Positions 1-7,262 of a DNA stretch of 64,000 bases are shown here, piece after piece (position 1 is the stretch's first letter; every line of letters begins with the position of its first letter). A program made the translations under genes and the position numbers. The DNA comes from an uncultured Porphyromonadaceae bacterium (GTDB taxonomy: Bacteria > Bacteroidota > Bacteroidia > Bacteroidales > Muribaculaceae). The stretch lies in contig CAMWIH010000001.1 in NCBI GenBank assembly GCA_947174305.1, forward strand, positions 23,999-87,998, written 5' to 3'. Below the pieces are notes generated by a model, which saw nothing but the letters and a program-made list of their open reading frames with translations, made no database searches and had not been told where the DNA came from.

Positions 1-83
1 AATGGATGGCGGTGGAGGAATCGGAGCATCTTCTATCTAAATCAGGCATTGGTTATAGATTCTTGACAAAGATAAGGAGATGA
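1..83 (+). CDS. Probable 3' end of an upstream CDS (partial)
   Basis: An open frame from position 3 (WMAVEESEHLLSKSGIGYRFLTKIRR*) ends in TGA at 81-83 and overlaps the ATG at 80 (ATGA coupling). Product unknown. Confidence 0.4.
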   Translation, partial: WMAVEESEHLLSKSGIGYRFLTKIRR

Positions 84-1345
84 AGATAGCCATTATAAAT
101 AAGTCAGATTCTACCGGGGGCGCCGCCGTAGTGAGCTTCCGGCTTATGGAAGCGCTGCGGAGGGCAGGTGAGGATGCAAGGATGGTGGTTGTTGAGAAAC
201 TTACCGATTCCCCTTTTGTAATCGAGGCCACGAAACCGCGTATTTCAAAGATTCCTTTCCTCTTGGAACGTTTGAAAATCTTCATTGCCAATGGCTTCAA
301 CCGTTCCACCCTTTTCAAGATAGATACCGCTTCCGATGGTCTTGACCTGCGCGTTAACAATTTTGTTAATGAGGCTGACGTGATCATGCTTAACTGGGTG
401 AATCAAGGTATGCTCTCTCTTCGAGGGATAAGGAAACTTGCCAAGGCCGGGAAGAGGATTATATGGACCATGCACGATATGTGGTGCTTTACCGGTATAT
501 GTCATCATTCGGGAGAATGCAGGAAATATGAAGCTGTCTGTGATTCATGCCCTCTTTTGAAGGATGCCTTGTATAAGGGACTTGCTGAACGTATTCAGTC
601 GCGGAAAGCTAAGCTCTATTCTAATTCCGGCATCACATTTGTGGCCGTGAGCAACTGGCTTGCCGACCGGGGAATGCGCTCAACATTATTCGCCGGGGTA
701 CGTCCGACCGTTATTCCTAATGCCTTCCCTTTTGAAAATAAGGAATATAAATCAAGAATTGATTCAAATTCAGAGCCTGAGAATCGAGAATTCAGGATTC
801 TCTTTGGGGCTGCCCGATTAGACGACACTGTGAAAGGCCTTCCGATACTTGTTCGGGCCACACAAATCCTAAAGGAGAGGTATCCTGAGCAGTCAGCCCG
901 AATAAGGCTGATAACTTTCGGGGAGGCCAAGGATCCGGCCTCTCTTGAAGGCATTGCGATTCCACACACACATCTCGGACGCATCTCCGGGCGTGAAGCC
1001 TTGAGGAGGGTATATGAGGATGCAGAGTGTGTAGTCTCCACATCCCTTTATGAAACCCTCCCGGGCACTTTGGTGGAGGGTCAGGCTTACGGGTGCATTC
1101 CGGTTGCTTTCTCTCGCGGTGGACAGCCGGACATCATTGATCATCTCTCCTCCGGTTATCTTGCCGAATGGAACGATTCATTGGAAAAGGCGGCCGGGAA
1201 TATAGCTGAGGGAATAGTATGGGCTTCAGGAAATGCCTTCTCTTCCTCTTTCGGGGAGATAAGGAAAAAGATGTGGGAGAGTGCCTATAGCCGATTTAAT
1301 GAGGATCGCATAGCCCAAGCCTACCTTGACCTAATTAATGAGTGA
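80..1345 (+). CDS. Glycosyltransferase family 4 (WcaC-like)
   Basis: 421 aa; N-terminal GGAA motif, WTMHDMWCFTGICH typical of WcaC-like GT4, and the C-terminal ETLPGTLVEGQAYG E-x7-E motif. Confidence 0.85.
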   Translation: MKIAIINKSDSTGGAAVVSFRLMEALRRAGEDARMVVVEKLTDSPFVIEATKPRISKIPFLLERLKIFIANGFNRSTLFKIDTASDGLDLRVNNFVNEADVIMLNWVNQGMLSLRGIRKLAKAGKRIIWTMHDMWCFTGICHHSGECRKYEAVCDSCPLLKDALYKGLAERIQSRKAKLYSNSGITFVAVSNWLADRGMRSTLFAGVRPTVIPNAFPFENKEYKSRIDSNSEPENREFRILFGAARLDDTVKGLPILVRATQILKERYPEQSARIRLITFGEAKDPASLEGIAIPHTHLGRISGREALRRVYEDAECVVSTSLYETLPGTLVEGQAYGCIPVAFSRGGQPDIIDHLSSGYLAEWNDSLEKAAGNIAEGIVWASGNAFSSSFGEIRKKMWESAYSRFNEDRIAQAYLDLINE

Positions 1346-1409
1346 GCCTATTTCGAATAATGGGTGAGCCTATCTCGCCTACTCTGCCTATATAGCCTAT
1401 TCCGCCTAT
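1346..1409. repeat. Degenerate 9-bp tandem repeat (GCCTAnnnn)
   Basis: GCCTA at 1346, then at 1368, 1377, 1386, 1395 and 1404 (9-bp period). Confidence 0.8.
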
Positions 1410-1413
1410 TGGC

Positions 1414-1461
1414 AAAAAGAAAAAATCGCAATAGGCAACCGAAGTTAACACTATTGCGATT
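1414..1461 (-). terminator. Intrinsic terminator downstream of tRNA-Asp
   Basis: AATCGCAATAG...CTATTGCGATT inverted repeat followed on the minus strand by a TTTTCTTTTT tract. Confidence 0.65.
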
Positions 1462-1474
1462 CCTCTCTCCTCAG

Positions 1475-1548
1475 CGGTGCGGACGGGACTCGAACCCGCG
1501 ACCCCATGCGTGACAGGCATGTATTCTAACCAACTGAACTACCGCACC
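1475..1548 (-). tRNA. tRNA-Asp (GTC)
   Basis: Reverse complement reads GGTGCGG TAGTTCAGTTGGTTAGAATAC ATGCC TGTCAC GCAT GGGGTC GCGGG TTCGAGT CCCGT CCGCACC G: cloverleaf with a GTC anticodon; CCA is not encoded. Confidence 0.97.
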
Positions 1549-1594
1549 AAGGATTTTTTATGTTCGGGTCGGCTTCCCTTCCCGTTTGCGAATG

Positions 1595-1602
1595 CAAAGT
1601 TA
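1595..1602 (-). promoter_or_regulatory. Bacteroidota -7 promoter box for tRNA-Asp
   Basis: TAACTTTG on the minus strand, with an upstream TTTG (-33-like) at about 1623-1626. Confidence 0.7.
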
Positions 1603-1608
1603 ATTCTT

Positions 1609-1659
1609 TTTTCTCACTCCACCAAATTTTTTTCAAAAAAATTTGGTGGAGTGAGAAAA
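1609..1659. repeat. 51-bp palindrome (perfect 25-bp arms, 1-nt centre)
   Basis: TTTTCTCACTCCACCAAATTTTTTT-C-AAAAAAATTTGGTGGAGTGAGAAAA; lies downstream of gyrB and may act as a terminator. Confidence 0.9.
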
Positions 1660-1661
1660 GT

Positions 1662-1737
1662 TTTAAGTTTATAAGGTTATAAGTTTTAAGACTTCCGATA
1701 ACCTTATAACCCTATAACCTTATAACCCCATAACCTC
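1662..1737. repeat. 8-bp tandem repeats in inverted arrangement
   Basis: ATAACC at 1698, 1706, 1714, 1722 and 1730; the inverted copy TTATAAGGTTAT is at 1669-1680. Confidence 0.8.
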
Positions 1738-1742
1738 ATTAA

Positions 1743-3704
1743 TTAAGCATCGATATTTGCATACGTGGCATGAGTCTCAATGAAGTCGCGGCGCGGACCC
1801 ACCTCTTCGCCCATAAGGACATTGAATGTGCGGTCAGCCTCGGCTGCATTGGTGAGGGTCACTTGCTTGAGCATACGGTTCTCAGGATCCATGGTTGTCT
1901 CCCAAAGCTGTTCGGGATTCATCTCTCCAAGACCTTTGTAACGCTGCAGCACGAGACGGTTGCGTTCGCCATTGCATTTGTCATCCACGAAACGTTGAAC
2001 CTGCTGGTCGGTCCAGCAATATTCCTCCACATTCTTCTTGTTCTTCAGGGAACATTTATAGAGAGGTGGAGTGGCAATGTAGAGATAGCCATTCTCGATG
2101 ATCGGACGCATGCGGCGATAGAAGAAGGTCATCAGAAGGGTTGCGATATGCGCCCCATCCACATCGGCATCGGTCATTATGACTATCTTGTGATAGCGCA
2201 GCTTGGTCATGTTGGGTGCCTTCTCATCCTCTTCTGTGCCGATTGTTACGCCAAGAGCCTTGTAGATGTTTACAATCTCATCAGAGCTGAGCACTTTGCT
2301 GTCGTTTGCTTTCTCCACATTGAGGATTTTACCGCGAAGCGGGAGGATAGCCTGATAATGCGGGTTACGCCCCTGCTTGGCTGAACCGCCTGCAGAGTCT
2401 CCCTCGACGAGGAAAAGCTCACATTCCACTGCATCACGGCTCTTGCACGGTGCAAGTTTGCCGGGAAGTCCGGCGCCCGAGAATGAACTCTTGTTCTGCA
2501 CGCGCATACGTGCTGAATAGGCTGCGTGGCGTGCCTCGGCCGCGAGTTTCACTTTGTTGACAATGGTCTTTGCCTGATTGGGATGCTCTTCAAGATATAT
2601 GCGCAAGGCCTCGCTCACTGAACTTTGAACGGCACCGGCAACTTCGTTGTTTCCGAGCTTCGTCTTGGTCTGGCCCTCGAACTGTGGTTCGGCCACTTTT
2701 ACCGAAATCACGGCCGTGAGACCGTCGCGGAAGTCCTCTTTGGAGAGTTCAATCTTCATCTTGTCGAGCATTCCGTTGTCGTCGGCATACTTCTTGAGGG
2801 TGGTGGTTAGACCGCGGCGGAAACCGGTAAGGTGGGTTCCACCTTCAATAGTGTTGATATTGTTGACATAGGAATATATATTCTCGTTGAAGTCGGTGTT
2901 ATAAGTCATCGCCACCTCGATAGGCACTCCGTTCTTCTCGGTGTTGAGATGGATTATGTCTTCAATGAGGGGAGTTTTACCTTCGTCAATGTATTGCACG
3001 AACTCTTTCAGACCTTCGTCGCTATGGAATGTGTCGCTCTTTGGATTCCCCTCCTCGTCGAGCACACGCATATCGGTCAGTTTGAGCGTAATTCCGGCAT
3101 TCAGGAAGGCGAGGTCGCGCAGACGGTTGGCGAGGGTCTCGTAGTCATATATTGTTTCAGAGAATATGGTTGCATCCGGATGGAATATGATGGTTGTCCC
3201 TGTGTGGTCGGTCTCCCCTATTACGCTGAGTTCGCTTGTGGGCTTTCCGAAGGCATATTCCTGCATGTGTATCTTACCGTCGCGGTGAATCTCGGCCCTG
3301 AGATAATCGGAGAGCGCGTTCACACAGCTCACACCAACACCGTGCAAACCGCCGGATACCTTGTATGAACCTTTGTCGAATTTACCTCCGGCGTGAAGTA
3401 CCGTAAGCACTACTTCGAGAGCGGGCTTATGCATCTTTTCGTGCATGTCAACAGGGATTCCTCGGCCATTATCCACAACCTTTATCGAATTATTTTCGAG
3501 GATTGTGACCTCTATATGGTTGGCATATCCGGCAAGTGCCTCATCGATTGAGTTATCCACTACCTCATACACAAGATGGTGGAGACCGCGAACACCGGTG
3601 TCACCGATATACATCGAGGGACGTTTGCGAACAGCTTCCAGGCCTTCGAGCACCTGGATATTATCGGCTTGATATGATTTCTTATTCTCTTCTTCTATTG
3701 CCAT
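1743..3704 (-). CDS. gyrB: DNA gyrase subunit B
   Basis: 653 aa; LEGLEAVRKRP, EVVDNSIDE, HAGGKF, EGDSAGG, PLRGKILN, MTDADVDG and YKGLGEMN motifs. Confidence 0.97.
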   Translation of the reverse strand: MAIEEENKKSYQADNIQVLEGLEAVRKRPSMYIGDTGVRGLHHLVYEVVDNSIDEALAGYANHIEVTILENNSIKVVDNGRGIPVDMHEKMHKPALEVVLTVLHAGGKFDKGSYKVSGGLHGVGVSCVNALSDYLRAEIHRDGKIHMQEYAFGKPTSELSVIGETDHTGTTIIFHPDATIFSETIYDYETLANRLRDLAFLNAGITLKLTDMRVLDEEGNPKSDTFHSDEGLKEFVQYIDEGKTPLIEDIIHLNTEKNGVPIEVAMTYNTDFNENIYSYVNNINTIEGGTHLTGFRRGLTTTLKKYADDNGMLDKMKIELSKEDFRDGLTAVISVKVAEPQFEGQTKTKLGNNEVAGAVQSSVSEALRIYLEEHPNQAKTIVNKVKLAAEARHAAYSARMRVQNKSSFSGAGLPGKLAPCKSRDAVECELFLVEGDSAGGSAKQGRNPHYQAILPLRGKILNVEKANDSKVLSSDEIVNIYKALGVTIGTEEDEKAPNMTKLRYHKIVIMTDADVDGAHIATLLMTFFYRRMRPIIENGYLYIATPPLYKCSLKNKKNVEEYCWTDQQVQRFVDDKCNGERNRLVLQRYKGLGEMNPEQLWETTMDPENRMLKQVTLTNAAEADRTFNVLMGEEVGPRRDFIETHATYANIDA

Positions 3705-3737
3705 AATTGAGTTTTTAAACCTCTTTTATTCAATTTA

Positions 3738-3745
3738 CAAAGATA
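3738..3745 (-). promoter_or_regulatory. -7 promoter box for gyrB
   Basis: TATCTTTG on the minus strand, about 35 nt upstream of the ATG. Confidence 0.6.
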
Positions 3746-3780
3746 GTAAAAAAATATGACATTTTAAGAGAAAATGAGAG

Positions 3781-4059
3781 TTAAAATAAGTCGGAGTGGC
3801 TTCCTGTTCTTATTAATGATATTAATTTGATACCATCGTCCTTTTTATATATCAGAAGCCAGTCGGGAGAGATGTGACACTCCCTGCATCCTTTGTAATT
3901 GCTAATAAGTGAATGATCCCTGTTTTTTGGAGGCAAGGGAATATCATTAATCAGGAGCCTGATAATTTCATCAAGTTTAGAAAGGTCAAGATTCCGTTTG
4001 TATGCTAATTTGACATCGCGCAGATATTGACGGGTTGTTTCAATCCTGAAGGGTTTCAT
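3781..4059 (-). CDS. yafQ: Type II TA toxin, YafQ family mRNA interferase
   Basis: 92 aa, basic; RDHSL, RECHISPDWLLIY and C-terminal RTGSHSDLF, all characteristic of YafQ. Confidence 0.9.
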   Translation of the reverse strand: MKPFRIETTRQYLRDVKLAYKRNLDLSKLDEIIRLLINDIPLPPKNRDHSLISNYKGCRECHISPDWLLIYKKDDGIKLISLIRTGSHSDLF

Positions 4060-4267
4060 TTATCAAATTTTTATAATCTTCATAGGAGTCACATACAACA
4101 GTGTTTCCCTCTTCCAATTCTTGAAATGCCTTGATTGTTTGTGCATTATACGTTGGTGTTGATTGAGTTTCCCTTACGCTTGTCACTCCACGAAGCATTT
4201 TAATTGCTCTTTTTATATCTTCAATCAGAGTGGTGTTTTCCTCTAATGAAACAATTAATTGTGTCAT
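4040..4267 (-). CDS. Probable antitoxin of the YafQ toxin
   Basis: 75 aa; overlaps the toxin start by 20 nt; acidic C-terminus PTYNAQTIKAFQELEEG..DSYED resembles DinJ/RelB tails. Confidence 0.75.
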   Translation of the reverse strand: MTQLIVSLEENTTLIEDIKRAIKMLRGVTSVRETQSTPTYNAQTIKAFQELEEGNTVVCDSYEDYKNLINETLQD

Positions 4268-4290
4268 ATTCTTTGTTTTTAATTAATGCT

Positions 4291-4325
4291 AAAAAGGTCG
4301 AATCAGTAATACTGATGCGACCTTT
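4291..4325 (-). terminator. Intrinsic terminator after fabF
   Basis: AAAGGTCG-a-ATCAGT-aat-ACTGAT-g-CGACCTTT hairpin ending in a short T tract on the minus strand. Confidence 0.65.
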
Positions 4326-4364
4326 AATTTCCTTTATCTTAATATGAAGGAGATCTGACCTGAT

Positions 4365-5630
4365 TTATTCCTCATATTTCTTCAGGATGAGGGCTGCGTT
4401 GTGGCCGCCGAATCCGAAGGTGTTGGAGAGTGCTGTCTTGATCTCTCTCTTTTTGGCGGTGTTGAAAGTGAAGTCGAGATTATAATCCACTTTCTCGTCG
4501 TTGTCGCCTTCCACGTGATTGATTGTGGGAGGAATCACGCCATCCTCGATAGCCTTTACGCTGAAAAGGGCTTCGAGAGCTCCGGTGGCACCGAGAAGGT
4601 GTCCTGTCATTGATTTTGTGGAGCTGAGGCTCATCTTGTAGGCATGGTCGCCGAATACTTCCTGAATGGCTTTTATCTCACCGATATCTCCTACAGGAGT
4701 TGAAGTTCCGTGAAGGTTTATGTAGTCGATGTCTTCAGGTTTCATTTCGGCATCCTTCAGGGCGTTCTCCATCACGAGCTTCGCACCGAGGCCTTCTGGA
4801 TGAGTGGCAGTGATATGGTATGCGTCAGCGCTCATGCCGCCGCCTGCAATTTCTGCATATATTTTTGCGCCGCGAGCCTTGGCGTGTTCAAGCTCTTCGA
4901 GCACGAGAGCGGCCGCGCCTTCACCGATCACGAAACCGTCGCGGGAGCCGGAGAAGGGACGCGATGCGGTCTTGGGGTCATCGTTACGTGTGGAGAGGGC
5001 TTTCATAGAGTTGAAACCACCCACACCGGCAGGGAATACAGCTGCTTCAGCACCTCCGGCGACAATAGCGTCTGCCTGGCCGAGACGGATGATGTTGAAA
5101 GCGTCAATAAGTGCGTTGGTTGAAGAAGCACATGCTGATACTGTGCCGAAGTTAGGACCGCGGAAACCATGATCGATAGAGATGTGTCCGGCCGCGATAT
5201 CCGCAATCATTTTGGGTATGAAGAAAGGGTTGTATTTAGGACCCTGCTCCTCACCGTGGAGAGCGAAATAGCCTGCTTCCTCCTCGAATGTGTGAAGTCC
5301 GCCGATTCCGGCTGCGAAGATCACACCTACACGGTTTTTGTCAATATTTTCGTTTTCAAGATCAGCATCTTCAATTGCCTCCTTGGCTGCCACGAGGGCA
5401 TACTGGGCATAAAGATCAAGCTGACGAAGTTTCTTGCGGTCGAAATGATCGGCACCATTAAAGTCCTTCACTTCACAGGCAAACTGTGTTTTGAACTTGC
5501 TGGCGTCGAAGTGAGTGATCGGGCCGGCGCCGCTTACGCCGTTGACTGCATTCTCCCATGCTGTCTTAACGTCGTTTCCTATCGGGGTCAGAGCGCCCAG
5601 ACCGGTTACTACAACTCTTTTTAATTCCAT
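4365..5630 (-). CDS. fabF: 3-oxoacyl-ACP synthase II
   Basis: 421 aa; RVVVTGLG, SACAS catalytic Cys, HGTST, KSMTGHLLGA and SNTFGFGGHN. Confidence 0.96.
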   Translation of the reverse strand: MELKRVVVTGLGALTPIGNDVKTAWENAVNGVSGAGPITHFDASKFKTQFACEVKDFNGADHFDRKKLRQLDLYAQYALVAAKEAIEDADLENENIDKNRVGVIFAAGIGGLHTFEEEAGYFALHGEEQGPKYNPFFIPKMIADIAAGHISIDHGFRGPNFGTVSACASSTNALIDAFNIIRLGQADAIVAGGAEAAVFPAGVGGFNSMKALSTRNDDPKTASRPFSGSRDGFVIGEGAAALVLEELEHAKARGAKIYAEIAGGGMSADAYHITATHPEGLGAKLVMENALKDAEMKPEDIDYINLHGTSTPVGDIGEIKAIQEVFGDHAYKMSLSSTKSMTGHLLGATGALEALFSVKAIEDGVIPPTINHVEGDNDEKVDYNLDFTFNTAKKREIKTALSNTFGFGGHNAALILKKYEE

Positions 5631-5737
5631 ATCCGGATTTTATGTTTATAATCCGACACCGGGAACGGCCGTTCCCGATGCCGGAATGATTTTCGTCTGA
5701 TTTACAGCCGGGTTCTTTTACAGCCGGCTATTTGTTT

Positions 5738-5974
5738 TTAGGCCTTTGCTTTCTCGATGTATGCGATAGCGTCACCTACAGTGGTGATTTTCTCGGCATC
5801 TGAATCGGGGATAGTGATGTCGAAGGCTTTCTCAAACTCCATGATGAGCTCTACGGTGTCGAGAGAATCTGCGCCGAGGTCCTTGCTGAACTCTGCGTTG
5901 GGGGTTACTTCTGCCTCATCTACTGTGAGCTTATCTACGATGATCTCTTTTACTTTGTTTTCGATATCTGACAT
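5738..5974 (-). CDS. acpP: Acyl carrier protein
   Basis: 78 aa from the ATG at 5974 ([12 protein letters not shown]); [11 protein letters not shown] phosphopantetheine motif; adjacent to fabF. Confidence 0.96.
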   Translation of the reverse strand: MSDIENKVKEIIVDKLTVDEAEVTPNAEFSKDLGADSLDTVELIMEFEKAFDITIPDSDAEKITTVGDAIAYIEKAKA

Positions 5975-6149
5975 ATCTGTAAAATTTTGATGTTGTGAGT
6001 ATTTAGTTTCTTTTCTATCCTTTTGCGATGCGAAGCAAACCTTCCTTTCAGGAACGCTTTTTTCTGACCTTTTTCGCTTATTTAAAAGACTTTGAACGTC
6101 TTTTGCCAAGTTTCAGGTTGCAAAGTAAATAAAAAAAATCCTAATAATG

Positions 6150-6210
6150 AAATTTTTCCACAATTTTTGCACAATTATTTTTGGTTTGTGCAAAAATTGT
6201 GGAAAAATTT
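6150..6210. repeat. Perfect 25-bp inverted repeat with 11-nt loop
   Basis: AAATTTTTCCACAATTTTTGCACAA (6150-6174) and TTGTGCAAAAATTGTGGAAAAATTT (6186-6210), just after the beta-subunit stop codon. Confidence 0.9.
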
Positions 6211-6218
6211 ACTTCAAT

Positions 6219-7250
6219 TTATTTTATTTCCCAGCTTTCGCAGGTCTTGAGAATCATGTCGCGAAGGTTGGAGAAGCCTTTCTTGGCCTGGACTTCTGCG
6301 GTCTGGCGTGCCACTTCCTGATCATAGGCGGCTGCCTCATAGTCGCGTATCACACCGAGGGCGAGCGGGAGGTCGTGGCCATCCATCATGGCAAGCTGCT
6401 GCTGGAGGAAGTTCTCGCGTGCATGGGCATCGTGTACGAGAACATCATCAATTGTGTAGCCATCCTCACCGATAGTCACGGCCTTCAGACCGAAGCCATC
6501 CTGCACGAGTCCTTTCGAGTTATCCTTTCCGAAGAGCATCTTCTCTCCGTGACGGAGTATGATGGTGTGCTCGGCACGGTTCTCCTTGTTGGCGAAGAAC
6601 TCATGGATTCCGTGATTGAAAATGACGCAATTCTGCATGATTTCCACTACGGCTGTTCCTTTATGGCGTGCGGCCGCTACCATACATTCACGGGATGTGT
6701 CAAGAAGGATATCTATTGAGCGCGCAAAGAAATTGCCGCGGGCACCGAAGCAAAGCTCTGCGGGGATGAAGGGATCTTCAACAGTGCCGTAGGGAGATGA
6801 CTTCGACACGAATCCACGATCGGAAGTGGGTGAATACTGTCCCTTGGTCAGACCATAGATCTTATTGTTGAAAAGAAGGATGTTGATATCCACGTTTCTC
6901 CTCACTGCATGAATGAAGTGATTACCGCCGATTGCGAGTCCGTCGCCGTCGCCCGAAACCTGCCACACAGTGAGTTCCGGATTTGCGGTCTTGACACCTG
7001 TCGCTATGGCCGCGGCACGTCCGTGAATCGTATGCATGCCGTAGGTATTCATATAATAAGGGAGACGCGAGCTGCAACCGATTCCGGAAATCACGGCAGT
7101 GTCTTTAGGAGCCACCCCGAGTTCAGCCATGGCCTTGTGGAGCACATTGAGGATTGCGTGGTCGCCACAGCCCGGGCACCAGCGTGCGCTCTGGCTGTTC
7201 TTATAGTCGGCAGGCACGAAGCCTGTAGTCTTGTTATCTTCCATAATCAT
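6219..7250 (-). CDS. 2-oxoacid:ferredoxin oxidoreductase beta subunit (KorB-like)
   Basis: WCPGCGD, SGIGCS, TPP-binding GDGD...NN and YGLTKGQYSPT. The start may be 7244. Confidence 0.93.
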   Translation of the reverse strand: MIMEDNKTTGFVPADYKNSQSARWCPGCGDHAILNVLHKAMAELGVAPKDTAVISGIGCSSRLPYYMNTYGMHTIHGRAAAIATGVKTANPELTVWQVSGDGDGLAIGGNHFIHAVRRNVDINILLFNNKIYGLTKGQYSPTSDRGFVSKSSPYGTVEDPFIPAELCFGARGNFFARSIDILLDTSRECMVAAARHKGTAVVEIMQNCVIFNHGIHEFFANKENRAEHTIILRHGEKMLFGKDNSKGLVQDGFGLKAVTIGEDGYTIDDVLVHDAHARENFLQQQLAMMDGHDLPLALGVIRDYEAAAYDQEVARQTAEVQAKKGFSNLRDMILKTCESWEIK

Positions 7251-7262
7251 TTTCCTCCTTTA

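Noticed and set aside
1475-1548. tRNA-Asp as the attachment site of an integrated element
   Set aside because: No integrase and no duplicated tRNA 3' end were seen in the window.
1609-1659. Invertible (phase-variable) promoter at the palindromes
   Set aside because: The arms abut or enclose only 1-11 nt, so there is no promoter-containing segment to flip, and no recombinase is nearby.
1335-1674. Small ORFs 1335-1520 (-) and 1477-1674 (+)
   Set aside because: They overlap tRNA-Asp and its promoter and repeats, which is typical of spurious tRNA-derived ORFs.
5975-6109. 45-aa N-terminal extension of ACP in the ORF track
   Set aside because: It begins at a TTG within the probable 5' UTR; the ATG at 5974 gives a canonical 78-aa ACP.
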